From assembly GCA_963575745.1 (NCBI GenBank), contig CAUYUJ010000066.1, forward strand, positions 62,001-118,798: 56,798 nt of DNA, in the 5' to 3' direction. This document shows, piece by piece, positions 23,603-36,615 of this stretch. Below the pieces are notes generated by a model. That model was given only the letters and a program-made list of their open reading frames with translations. It was not told the origin of the DNA and did not search any database. A program made the position numbers and the translations under genes. Numbering within the stretch: the stretch's first letter is position 1; each line of letters begins with the position of its first letter. The stretch comes from Prorocentrum cordatum (Eukaryota).

Positions 23603-23727
23603 TGGTGAAATCTTTTCTCGGGGTGCTTGCCTGGAGAGGTTCGCCGAAACGTCGATGGAACATGCCGCATCATGATATCCAAACATTCTCTCAGCACAAT
23701 CACTGCAGGGGGCTATGGGTTTATGCA
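23603..23727 (-). repeat. 5' LTR
   Basis: TG...CA termini on minus strand (TGCATAAACCC...TTTCACCA). Confidence 0.85.
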
Positions 23728-26149
23728 CACACACATGCCATAATGCATCCTGCTACAAGAAATATTGGGGCATACTCTTTGTCGAAGATCGAGCATCCCA
23801 GGGCGCTCCAGGGCTTCTGCGGGCCCCCAGGGCCACTGGGTGATTAGAAGAAACTTCTGTGGGGCACCTGCTGGCAGGCTGGCTTGTTATTCGACGTGTC
23901 TACTGTCATTAACACAGGCCCCTTCGCCGGGCACTCCCAGGTTTCATGGGGCCCAGAAGCGACACGGCCGTTGTTTCACCGTTTCCGAACACGGTTCTCT
24001 TGACATTGGGAGCGGCAGCGGCAACCAAAAACGTCAAAACAACGGCTCTGGAATCGGAGCCGGAACTGGAACAAACAACAAGCACAACCACGGAACGGAA
24101 ACAGAAACGGCGCCGGAACCCGGCCAAAAAACGGCACAACTGAACCGGTAAACAAAAAAAACCTGTCGTTTGTAGGGCCCGCCAGGTTCCATGGTGGAGG
24201 CCCCAAACACGCAGAACAGAAGGGTGGGTTAGCGAACCATCCCCACGTAGCTGGCTTCCCTGGCGCCTCCTGGCGCCCCAGGGGGCCATGCGTCGAGGAC
24301 TGCGCCAGGCGGCTAAGCTGAAACCAACTGGTGCGTTCCTGGCCCAAACCACTGCTTTGATGGTGGCACATTTCGTACTCTCCTCTCCTGGCACCAGACA
24401 GAGAGAGCGCGATATTCACGCGCGTGTGCCGTGCAGCGCTCGGGCAATGTAGCCAGAGGGCAAGACGGCGAAGACGGGAACGCTGGAAAGGGCTGGCGCC
24501 CTTGCGGCAGAAGTCCCTGATGAGCTGTGCGCAATTACGCGACGGGCGGTCACGATGGGCCACTGCTTTCAGGGGCCAAACATCCCCCACCGGGGGTCAG
24601 AAGAAGTAGGTCGAACCTTCAGGCAGGATGTTCATGGAACGACACAAGAGCCAGGCGTAATCGTGTATCAACGAGTCAGGAGACGGACGAACAATGGGGA
24701 GGGTTTCAGTGCCCTCGCCCTCCCTGGCTCCCCGGAGGCCCTCGCCACCGCGCGGCCGCATTTGCCTTCAGATCCTGGCCAGAACGCACCTCAGAAAAAA
24801 CCTGGGATTTCATTCTGATTAAGGAGCGGCCCGCACACCTGCGGCGTATTAAAAAACGAGACGATGAACTGTTCTTCCGTTCGGGCCTGCGGAGGCCCGC
24901 TTCCGGGGCAATTTAGGTGAAGCAATATGTGTGGCGCAATGTACATACATATTTATATGCACATATTCCTATTTATATATTTTTACAGGGCCGGGGGCCC
25001 CGGAAAAGCGGCACACGGTGCCCCCCCCCCAACGAATTTCGGCCTCCCCGAGCCTTTGGGGCGCTCCTGCAGAGTGCTCCGTGTCTGTCCTGCGAGGGCG
25101 ACGCGAAAAAAAAAAAAAACACGACGGCCAAAGAGGGCCCCGAGACACCCAAAGATCGGCCCAAGACGCCCCATCAGGGCCCAAGACTGCCCAAGACGCG
25201 TCCAAGACGCCCCCAGAGACCCCCAAGAGGCCTCCCAAGAGAGCCCCGAGAGGCTACAATTTGATTTTCTTGTGTGTTTTTCGATGTTTTTGGCCTTGTC
25301 GCTTTTCCCGCTTCCCGACGCTCCACAACGGCCCAAGAGGCTCCCTAGATCGCCCCAGTACTGCCCAAGAGGCCCCCAAGAAGGCCCCAACACGGTCCAG
25401 GAGGGCTCCGAGACCGCCCAAGAGGCGCGGCCCAAGAGAGCACCAAGACGGCCCCACGAGAGACCCAAAAGGGCGCCCAAAAATTCAAAAACTAAATTTT
25501 CCGCCGCGAGAGGGCCCCAAGAGGCCCGGAAAGAGCCTCATGAGGCCCCAAGAGGCTCCCAAGAGGCCCCAAGAGGCCCCAAGAGGCCCCAGAAAGATCC
25601 CAATAACCCCCAAGAGGCTTCAAAACTGCCTCCCAGAGGGCCCCGAGAGGCGCACCACGAGATCCCAACACAGCGGTCTCCCCCTCTCATTATCCCTTCT
25701 CTTTGTCGTCGCCTTCTTCGTCGTCGTCGTCGTCGCCGTACTACTCTTCAGTGTCTTCCCCCTCGTCCTTCACCCCTCCTCCCGCCTCCTCCGAGAGAGA
25801 GGAACCGAGAATGGAGGATCAAGGTTTTCGGATTGTTTGCTCTGGGGGGTTTTCCGGCCTGGGGATTTCCTTCAGTATCTGCGACTCGCCGGAAGCGTTT
25901 TGGGGGCGCCGGAAACGTCGCGAACGGCCCCCAAAGGCCCGAGTCATGGCCCGAAAACCACGCGGGTACATCAAGGGAGGAGAAAAAGGGGGGAGGGACA
26001 AGCTAGGTGCGCTCGCGTCATATCTGACGTCCTACCCCTCCTTCCCATCCCTTACCATGGCGCTGATTTTCTCTATCCGCGGACGCGTGTCGTAGCGGAC
26101 CTGTGGCTCCGCGCGCGCGTGCGTAGTGGGTGGTGGTGCGCGTGCGTGC

Positions 26150-26490
26150 GTGCGTGCGTGTGTGCGTGGTTGTGTGGTGGTGGTGGTGGTGGTGGTGGTG
26201 GTGGTGGTGGTGGTTGGTGGTGGTGGTGGTGGTGGTGGTGGTGGTGGTGGTGGTGGTGGTGGTGGTGGTGTGTGTGTGTGTGGTGTGTGTGTGCGTGTGT
26301 GTGTGCGCGTGTGCTGTGGCATGGCACGGGAAATGACGCCAGCGCTGCAGCGGGAGCACGAGTCGAAACGAGCGGAAGCGCGGAAATGAGGCCAGCGCTG
26401 CAGCGGGAGCACGATTCGGAACGAGCGGAAGCACGGAAATGAGGCCAGCGCTGCAGCGGGAGCACGATTCGGAACGAGCGGGGCCCGAAA
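26150..26490. repeat. (GGT)n/(GT)n microsatellite followed by three copies of a 53-bp tandem repeat
   Basis: GAAATGAGGCCAGCGCTGCAGCGGGAGCACGATTCGGAACGAGCG repeated. Confidence 0.8.
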
Positions 26491-26845
26491 ATGAGGCCGG
26501 CGCCTCAGCGAGAGCAGCATTTTGAAAAACAAATGCATGCGAAACCCAACTCCCGGGAATCCTGTGTACAGAAGCAGGACGCGGGGGGGGGCGGCTACTC
26601 CCAGCACGCCATCAGGGGAAGAGGGAGAGTAGTATTCATATTGAGTAATTGTGGAGGAGGATGAGGGGGAAAAAGGGAGGCGAGGACGAGGAGGAGGGGG
26701 ACGTGGAGGAGGGAACGAAGACGAGGGGAAGGGGATACGGGGGATTCAGCACCTGGACGCGGCGCCCTTGCCTACCTTACCGGAGAGGGCCGGCCGAATC
26801 CGAGGGGCCCCTGGGGGATTTCAAAACCTCAACCGCTTCTTGCGC

Positions 26846-29035
26846 TACACCGGACTCACTTCTATAGCGCTCACTTCTATAGTGCTCACTTTGAAATTGT
26901 GGTCCGGAAGGGGCCGCACATGCAGGCACATGCCGCACAGTCGCATGCACATGCCCATGCAAATATACAAAAGCCTCAACAGCATTGCCGCACATGCGCG
27001 CACATGCCACACCGTCCGACGCACAGTCGAATGCACGGTCAAGCAAAACTCTGAAAGCATAGACGCACATGCCCGCACATGCCGCAGAGATGTCGCAGGC
27101 GATAGTGGCCTGACCACCTGAGCTCGGGGCATTTCGCAACCCAGAGTTCCGAGGATGTCTCAGGCAAGCGTGGCCGGATCACCATGGGGCAGGGCATCTT
27201 GGAAACCAGAGTGGCGAGGATGTCGCTGGTCAAGGTGACCAGACGACCATGGGGCAGGACACCTCCGAGGTCTGAGTTGTGAGGATGTCTCAAGCGAAAG
27301 TGGCCTGACCACCATGGGGCAGGAGATCTCTGAGGTCAGAGTTGCGAGGATGTCTCTGGGGAGAGTGGTCTGACCACCTCAGCCCAGGGCATCTCGGAGC
27401 CCAGAGTTGCGAGGATGTCTCAGGCAGGACTGGCCTGACCACCTGCTCAGGGCATCTCAGAACCCAGAGTTGCGAGGGTCTCAGGCGAAAAAGGCCGAGA
27501 CACTATGGAGCAGGGCATCATTGAGGTCAGAGTTGCGAGGATGTCTCAGGCAAAAGTGGCCTGAACAGCTCAACTCAGGGCATCTCGGGCGAGGATGTCT
27601 AAAGCGAAAGTGGTCTAGCCACCTCAACTCAGGGCGTCTCGGAACCCAGAGTTCCGAGGATGTCTCAGGCGAAAGGGGCCGAGACACTATCGAGCAGGGC
27701 ATCATTGAGATCAGGGTTGCGAGGATGTCTCAGGCGACAGTGGCTGACCACCTCAGCTCGGGGCATATCGGAATCGAGACTTGCGAGGATGTCTCAGGCG
27801 ACCGTGGCCTGACCAGCATGGGGCAGGAGATCTCTGAGGTCAGAGTTGCGAGGATGTCTCATGCGAAAGTGGTCTAACCACCTCAGCTCAGGGCGTCTCG
27901 AAACCCAGAGTCCCGAGGATGTCTCAAGCGAAAGTGGCCGGGCCACCATGGGGCAGGGCATCTCCGAGACCAGAGTTGCGAGGATGTCTCAGGCGAAGGT
28001 GGCCAGATCACTTCATGTCAAAGCACGTCGGCCTCCAAATTGCCGACGACGTCTCACGCGGAACTGGCCGGACGCGAACGCGCCGGCGTCCGGAGACGAA
28101 CGCCGGCCCCGGCATTCTTGCACGTCCCGCACATGCACTGCACAGGTACGCACAGTATTCGCACAGGCCGAGCTCGCCGGTGGCCGAGCCAGGCCAGCGA
28201 TTCCGAGATTCCCTGAGCTCGGGCCGTCAAGCCACTTTCGCCTGAGACAGCCTCGCAACTCTCACCTCCTCCTCCTCCTCCTCCTCCTCCTCCTCCTCCT
28301 CCTCCTCCTTCTCCTCTGGCCGAGCCGAACAGGCAGGCTGGCCAGTGGCCGGGGGCGCCCGCCTCCTCCCCCCTCCCTCCTCCCGCCCCCCTCCACCTCC
28401 CCCCCCCCATCCCTGCTTCTCCGCGAGCTGAGAAGGCGCGCGGGAGAGTATTTTATTAGGCGGGCGCGCCACCGCCAGCTCACGAACTGGGGGAAAAACC
28501 GCCCCCGCCAGCAGCGGGCGAGTCTAAACGCACAACAAACTCTTTCAGGAAACCCTGGCACGCCCCAGGTTAGCTCTGCGAAGGCCAGGAGGCATTGGAG
28601 GCACAGGGGTCCCAGACAGCTCCTAGGGCATGAGCGTGCATGTGCATTGGGATGTGCACGCACGTGCGCCCGCGCGCTTCACCGCATGTGCGTGCATGTG
28701 CGGGCCCGCGCGGCCTCCCGAAGAGATGTTGCACAGGCATGTGCGTGCATGTGCCGATGACAGATCTGCGATTCTCGAACACCTCCCGCATGTGCAGGCA
28801 TGTGCGCGCATGTGCGTCGGACTGTGCGTGCATGTGCGTATGATGGATACATCAAAATAAAGCGCACATGCCCCCGCACATGCCCGGGCACGACGTGCAC
28901 AGCAGGAAGTCCATCCAAGAAGGACCGCACAGGCCTGGCACATGACTGGCACATGCCGCGCACATGCGCGCACATGACAGCGCAAAAACGGCCGCACATA
29001 CACCCACCCAGGGGTATAGATGTGAGTGCGGTGTA
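26846..29035. mobile_element. Non-autonomous Tc1/mariner-like TIR element (TA-flanked) with GCACATGC subterminal arrays and a nested 60-bp satellite
   Basis: TA|CACCGGACTCACTTCTATA ... TATAGATGTGAGTGCGGTG|TA. Confidence 0.6.
27085..28020 (+). repeat. Satellite of about 60 bp (AGAGTTGCGAGGATGTCTCAGGCGAAAGTGGCCTGACCACC...)
   Basis: About 15 degenerate tandem units; inverted copies at about 28210-28263 and 29300-29760. Confidence 0.8.
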
Positions 29036-30239
29036 CCTTCGGACCCCCTTGGCGGCTTGGGAAAAACCGTTCCTACTTCGGGGGGGTTCTCTCACCCTTT
29101 GCCGCTTGACTCGCGGAGAGGCCGAGCGGCACCGCGCCGAACCGCCAGGGATGGGGAGAATGGGCAACAAAAAGAAGCGGAGAGGGGGGAGAGGAAGAGG
29201 AGGAGGAACAGGAGGAGGAGGAGGGGGAGGAGGAGGAGGAGGAGGAGAAAAAGAAAAGGGGAAGGAGGAAGAGGAGATAACGGGAAGTAGTCTAATCCGC
29301 TTCGCCAGAGATACGCTCGCAACTCCGACCTCAGAAGCGCCTTGCTTCGCATCGGTCCCGCCGTTTTCGCTTGAGACATCATCGCAGCTCTGGGGCCCGA
29401 GACACTCTCAGTTGAGGTGTTCCAGCCACTGTCGCCTGAGACACTCTCGCAAGTCTCACTTCGGAGGTGCCTTGCACCATGGTGGTTCGGCCACTTTCGC
29501 GTGCGACTTCTCGCAACTCTAAGTTCAAGGATGCCCTGAGCAGAGGTGTTCAGACCACTCCTCGCTTGAAACTTCCTCGCACGGCTGACTCCGGATATGC
29601 CCTCCCCTGAGCGGAGGTGTTCAGGCCATTTTCACCCGGGAAGTCCTCGCAACACTGACCTCGGCGACGCACTGCCCCATGGTAGTTTGACCACGTTTGC
29701 CTGAGACCCTCGCGCCTTTTAGTGGCGCGATGATATGAGCAACTGGTCAGGCCACTACCGCCTGATATACGCATGTGTATGCGTACACATAGTTACACTG
29801 ACAATTTGCATATACATGTACATATCCATACAAACGTATGTGTATATATATATATGTACATATGTACTATGCGTTCATAGACACAGGTGTGTGCGCATGT
29901 ACGCACGCTCGCACTCCGCTAGCGTGCGAATTCCAAAGGACCAAGGTGCATGGCGCGCTGCGCCACTGCAGTCCTGTATATCTCTCTCTATATATATATA
30001 TGTATATATATATATATGCAAACACATATATCTATGAATCTGTGGTGCAATCTATGTTGTGAAGCCTGTTGTGCGCGACGTGTGTTGTACAGTCTATGTG
30101 GTGCGACCTATGTGGTGCAACTCGCTTTGACCGCCTTGAAGCTGTCCTCTCCACTGCTCGTGCAAACATCCCACCCTCCCACCCGCAACTTGGTCGCAAG
30201 ACCTCTTAAGACCGTGACGGTAGGTACCAAATGGCAATT

Positions 30240-30790
30240 GGCAACGACACCGACGCCGACGACGACAGCGACAACGACGACGACGCCGACGACGACTACG
30301 ACGACCCCGACGACGACGACGACGACGACGCCGACCACGACGCCGACGACGATGCCGACGACGACGATGACGACGCCGACGACGCAAACGACGACGACGC
30401 CGACGCCGACGACGACAACGCAAACGACGACGACGACTACAACGAAAACGACGAAGACGACGACGACGAGGGAGGAGGGAGGACGGCGAAGACTCGAACG
30501 ACGAAGAAACAGGGAGGACGGCGACGCCGACGACGACAACGACGAGGGAGGAGAGAAGACAATGACGACGACGACGACGGCGACGAAATAGGAGGGACGA
30601 CGACGAGGCGCCGACGACGGACGACGATGACGACGAGGGAGGAGGAAGGACGATCACGGCGACAACGACGACGGAAACGACGACGACGCCAAAGACGACG
30701 ACGACGAGGGAAGACAAAGGACGACGACCGCGACGACGACGACGACGACGAAGGAGGAGGGAGGACGGCGACAACGACGACGACGACGCA
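30240..30790. repeat. Degenerate (CGA)n microsatellite
   Basis: Visible trinucleotide run; similar tract at 34100-34490. Confidence 0.9.
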
Positions 30791-32847
30791 ACAGCGCGCG
30801 CGCATTTTTTTTTTGAAAATCCGTGTTGCGAAACCATGTTTTTTTTTGTTTTTTTTTTTTTTTGGTTTGAACACTCTATTTTGAAATCCTTCCGACACCG
30901 AAGGATTTTGAAGGATTTCGGCATGCGCGCGCGACGACGCGCGCGTGCGCACTTCGCTTCATTATTTGCGGAAGATTCTCGCGACGGCACGCGCGTAAGG
31001 GCATTCGAATGATTTCGACACGCGCGCGCGAGGCCCGTTTTGTAGCATGTTCTGAAAATCTGGAAAGGGCTTTGGTTTTCTTACGAATTCGCAAGAGCGC
31101 ACGCGTAAGTTTTTTGGGACCAGCAATGTTGCGAAACCTTTCCTTTGATATATGTTTGTTTTTGATACTCGATTTTCAAATCGTTCCGAAACCGCAGGTT
31201 TTTGAAGGATTTCGGCATGCGCGCGCGACGACGCGCGCGTGTGCATGTCGTCTCATTTTTTGCAAGGAGCTCTTCACACATTTTGTTTGTTGGCAAACGA
31301 ATGCGCGCACAATTTTTTTCCAGAAGATGGCGGGGGGGGGGCGATACCGGCCCCCCTGGGATAGTATTGATTCAATTTTCGGACGGACATTGGGTCAGGA
31401 TCCTATGTGTTTGGCATCGGTTCCCGGGGGGTCTTTAACCGGGGGGGGAAGGTGGTAGAATTGATTTCCTTTATTAAAAAGGAGAACCAACGTGATGCCT
31501 TATATGTTGTGCGATCTATATAGTGCGCAATCTGCGTGGTAAAAATAATTTCTGTTCACAATGAGTTGTCCACTCCGCTGCTCGCGCAATCCTCCCACCC
31601 ACCAGCCCGCATTGTAATTTGCAAACCCCATGCGGCGGTGATTGCGATGGGCGCTTGGGTTTGGCAAGTGCATCTATGCGGCCGCGCTAGCCCGCGCATG
31701 CTCGCGCGTGCAGCGGTCATCTAGTTTGGCGCGACAGACGCCGCCGCGATGGCGCTGACCGCTGGGCACTTCCCAGCGGGCACTTCAGTGCGAGTCGGCG
31801 ACTTGGGCGATCGCGGTATCATGGCAACGTCGACGCCAGTAAACATGATGATGCTGTGCGGCGAGGCTGGTGACGATGATGACAACGACGACGGCAATGC
31901 CAGTGGCGGCGCTGATGCTGATCTCGCCGGCGCCGATGACGGCGTCCTCGCGTCGGTGATGAAAGTATCGCGCGCGGCCAACGCGCGAGGGTGGCCCGCG
32001 CGGCATGACTTGACGCGGATCGTGCCCACACCAGCACGTGCGCAAGGGCGTTCGACTGATTTCGACGAACGCAGCATCTTTGAAAACATATGTTGCAAAA
32101 CCATGTGTTCTTTGAATGTTATCGGAGCGCCCGATTTGGACATCCATGCGGAACGCATCCGGCATGCGCGCGCGACGACGCGCGCGCGAACTTCGCCGCG
32201 TTTTTTTCAACATGGATTCTTGCGACAACGCGCGCGCAAGGGCGTTCGGGCGAGTCCGACATGCGCGCGCGAGAGGCTCGCTTGGTGGATAACATGTTGA
32301 TCAGCCTTGGGCTTTCTTAAGGATTCGCAAGATCCCGAACGGATTTGTCTGGGGCCGATCGCGACCGCCGGCGCTCGGCAGGAACAGCGCCATCAGGAGC
32401 ATCGGGGACGCCGCGCTCTTGGGCAGCATCTTCGCGATCTTCTCCAACAGAAATTGCAGCAGGAGCATCATGGCCGCGATGTTCGCGTGGGCCATTTTCG
32501 CGAATTTCATCAGCAGGAGCAGAATTCGACCACCGAAAGACCTGAAGATGAACGGTGGCCATTGTCGGGGACGGTGAAATGGTCGAGGGCGCAATAGATC
32601 GTGTTCAGAACACCATGGGCGCGTGCGTGAAGCACCGGCGGAACGCAAGTAGTCGCCGAATCCTGGGGGGTGACCTTGGTATTTTCCGTGGTCGTGGCCT
32701 GGTTGATCGACGTCGTGATGAAAAGCGATGTGCCAGCGTTCATCTGGCCGACCAGCCATTCGAAGCGAGCAGCAGCAACCGTGGCAAAGGAGGCGGATCC
32801 ACGGGGGGGGGTAGGCGCCCGGATGTAGCCACTGAACCCAGCAAGTG

Positions 32848-32868
32848 CTTGAGCCAAAATTGTTACCC
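32848..32868 (-). other. Degenerate relic DinoSL
   Basis: GGGTAACAATTTTGGCTCAAG on minus strand; exact 13-nt match to the SL 3' end. Confidence 0.55.
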
Positions 32869-34275
32869 CGTTGGATCGCATGAGTACATTTGTTTTTTAA
32901 AGGAACCTAGGATTTTCCAAAACACTCGCAAGATGATTGTGTTGAACATTTTTTGGCGAAGCAACATAATATATACATGTATGTATGTATGGATGCATGC
33001 ATGCATATATGTATGTATATATACACATGTATATATGTATATATGTATATATGTATATGTATATATATGTGTGTACATATGTATGAATGTTCTTCGGACT
33101 CTCGATTTTTTGAATCCATGCGACACCTGGGGCTTTTGATATTTTGGTATGCGCGCGACGACGCGCCCGTGTGCACTTCATTTTCCTCTTCCACCGCGTT
33201 CTTGAAGAGTAATGATTTCGGATCAAGGAGTGATTCGTCGCTTTTCTTGCAGAGGAGGGAGGGGGGGTCCGGGGGGTGAAAGGGTAGAACCGACCTGTAG
33301 CGAAGAGGACCTGTATGTGGTGGCGGCGGGGCGCCGACGTCGGCAACATGCGCGGCGACCGACCGAGAGGCCCACGCGACAGGAAACGACGAAACGGCGA
33401 CGGGGCGGCGACGGCGGACACATAGCCGCCTGACCGACGGACAAGCCCAGACGACGGGCGGCGACGTGGCGGCGACGGCTGCTACATGGCCGCCAGACCG
33501 ACAGACAGGCCCAATTCGTTCAAAAAGAAGCAAGACCCCTAAGTGCAAGCACTGTTCGGGGACGAACTACACGTGTGGACGAGCGGGCTGGTTGGGCGGA
33601 CCCTGACAAGAGGGTCGACCGGGCGGGCCCTAACGTGCGGGCCCGAAGGTTTTCCACGTTACAATCAAACTCTGAGCAACGCGCGGGTGGAGGGAGGGGA
33701 GCGGGTAGAGTCGAGTGGAATTCATGTCAGCTTGCGATTCACAGAAATATGGGGGGCGCATGATTAAACATGCTTCGTCTACTCGGGCGCATCCCGGGGG
33801 GGGGGGGGGCGCCAAAGTGAAACGCACGGCAGCGGCGTTTGTGATTCGCGCCGACGCCAGGCCGACTGCACAAGGGCGACATGCGCGACGCAAGCGGCAC
33901 TGCTTCAGAGGAGGGAGACAGCATCGCCTCCGATATAGCGAGGCGGTTGGGCCAAAACGACTACAGACAGGAGAGAAAATGAAGGCGGGGGGAAACAGGG
34001 CGCCTCAAAAAAGAAAGAGGGAGGAGCGGAAGAGGCAGGCGACAAGGGTTCCTCCTTCTCCTTTTTCCCTCACTCCCCCACCCCTCAACTGCAATGTCCG
34101 GCGACGACGACAACAACGACGACGATGATGACGACGACGACGACGACAACGACGGCGACGGCGACGGCAACGACGACGACGACGACGCACTGCGGGTGCC
34201 CCATGGGGAGGGGGGGGTGCTGCGTAGGCCCGGCCCGCTGTAGACGACGACGATGACGACGACGACGGCGACCAC

Positions 34276-34309
<34 letters not shown>

Positions 34310-34422
34310 ACGGCAACGGCGACGGCAACGACGACGACGTACTGCGGGTGCCCCATGGGGAGGGGGGGGTGCTGCGTAGGCCCGGCCCGCTGTAGACGAC
34401 GACGATGACGACGACGGCGACC

Positions 34423-34493
<71 letters not shown>

Positions 34494-35207
34494 GGCACGT
34501 CAGTAATCAGCCTGAGAAGGGGGAACCGATTCGCCTCGGATGTATACGATCCCTATAATAACTTCTATACGAAAGGCAATCGTTTTGAGGCTGCCGTGCA
34601 TGGGGGCACACGATCCCTTCGCTTTGACGGCGCCCGCGACGATCCCCCGGCGCGAGATTAAAGACATTGTTTCGTGCCCCGCGGGGTCTATTCATCAGCC
34701 CTGGGGGGCGGGGGGGGGCCTCATTTGTTGACCACAGGCTGACATTCGGATGGGGGAAACTGCAAAAACCTTTCAGAACGGCGTGCCCGAAATGTCCCGC
34801 GACTCACCCGCCCCCCCGCGACCCCGCCGCGACCCCGCCGCGACCCCCCCGCGACCCACCCTGCGACTCACCCGCGACCCACCCGCGACACACCCGCGAC
34901 TCACCCGCGACCCAGCCCGCGACCCACCCACAGTGCTTTAGCGAAAAAAACAGCGCCTGCGGCCAGCTCGTTGTATAATTTGCCTCGCAGACTGCCGACG
35001 TCCCCGCCGCCCCCTCACTCTTATACGCAACTGCGGGGGTGCTACGCATCTTTTCCTTCCCCCTCCTCCTCCTCCTCCTACTGCTTCCTCCTCATCCAGC
35101 TCCTCCTTCACCTCCTTCACCTCCTCCTACTCCTCCTCCTCCTCTTCCTCCTCTTTCCTCCTCCCACGAAGGGCCTCCCCACCAACAGAGCAGAGAGCGG
35201 GCGGGGC

Positions 35208-35281
35208 CCTCGTGCTGCAGCTCCGTGCGGGCCGGGTGCTCCGCGAGCGCTGCCCGCAGCCGCTGCGGGGCGCCCGCGGAC
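35208..35281 (-). CDS. Exon of ARM-repeat-like host gene
   Basis: CAG|G...GAGG|GC; SAGAPQRLRAALAEHPARTELQHE(G), armadillo-like helix pattern. Confidence 0.6.
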
Positions 35282-36398
35282 CTGAGGCTGGCGGGCGGAA
35301 GGGGGAGGGGTGGGGGGAGACTGCCAGCAACCGTGCACGTGGCGGGTTCCAGGAGACGCTGCCCCCCCAACAAATGTCATATCTTGGCGGCGCATATCTT
35401 ACGTCCGCCGGCTTCCGCGGGCGGAGCCGCCCCTGTTTACTTCGCCGAGGAAGAGACGACAACTCCTTCGGCCCTCGGATGCGAGGGCCTTTCTGGAACG
35501 CCTCACGTGTTGCGCAAGAGCGAAGGCGACGCGATGTAGCGGCTGCTGACCATGATCATGCAGCCATTCTTCAGACAGGTCAAGGCGAACACCGACTTTT
35601 GGAGTTCCCAAGTGCGCAACCGATCTTGGCAGAAAAATAACGTTGAACGAGCCGTCGTGTGCTTGAATCCTTGGGGTGCCCAGTTTCTACGGGAGGGCGG
35701 GGCGGGGGAATCCAAGACTCGATATTGGTGTCGAACAAGGACTCTCCATCATGTGGTGGTGGCTCAAGGCGGGGTGGGATGGGGTGGTGGTTTATGTGCC
35801 GCTGGTGGTGGTCCAAAGGGGATGGTGGTGGTAGTGGATGGGGTGGCAGCCGAACGCACTGGCACGATACACAGACTGGGGGCGGGCCTCCTCGTCGCCC
35901 TCCCCTCGTCATGGAGGAAAGGCCAGAGGTTCGAGGTTCGAGGATCGAGACTTTCTGAATACGTCGGGCCCATTTTGGGCGCCCAGGAGGCCCAAGGGAC
36001 GATGTTTGACACCCAAGCCGAACATCGTCAGAAAGAACAAAGATCCCGTAAGGAAGGGATCCTGAAGGCGTCTCGCCGTAAGTACTTACGGTCAGGAACA
36101 TTTGGATAACGTGTCGCGGCGGCGGCCCCAGCGACACGCTTTGCCTTGCAAGCGGATAGCGTGTCGCTCCGATCCGGGGGGCGGGAGGCTCGGAAAGGCT
36201 CGGGACATTGGCGCTTGGAAATGGGACGTGGCTAGCGTGTCGCGCCGAAGCGTGGTGGGCCAGAACCCGCGGAGCGACACGCTAAGCCAACATTCCTGAC
36301 CGTAGGGCCCCCGTGCGGGCCCAAGGACCGCCAAAACAGGCTCAGGATGAAACGCTGGCCCCGGACCCGTCTCCCTCAGGAGCACTTTCCTTCATTCA

Positions 36399-36615
36399 AG
36401 GCCTCCCAAATCGAGTCGGAGTAGATGGGGTCGGAGGATCGCGCCGCATCGAACGGTGCATCGCCGATGCATCCACGATACATTGGCGACGTCGGCGATG
36501 AATCGGCGACGTCGGCGTGGAGTCAGCCGTGCTCCACGTCGAGCAACGTCGGCGACGCATCGGCGATGCGGCGCGATCCTCCGACCGCATCTGCTCCGAA
36601 CCCATCCGGGAGGCC
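36399..36615. mobile_element. MITE family A copy
   Basis: AGGCCTCCC...GGGAGGCC termini with long internal palindrome. Confidence 0.7.

Larger units (their letters stand above)
17535..23727 (-). mobile_element. Full-length degenerate Ty1/copia LTR retrotransposon carrying a methyltransferase-like domain
   Basis: Two 125-126-bp LTRs, PBS, PPT, near-perfect 5-bp TSD (CAGAC 17530-17534, CACAC 23728-23732), domain order gag-PR-IN-(extra)-RT-RH. Confidence 0.92.

Noticed and set aside
24927..26442. 359-aa and 503-aa ORFs
   Set aside because: Built from CCCAAGA-rich repeats and microsatellites; no domain-like sequence
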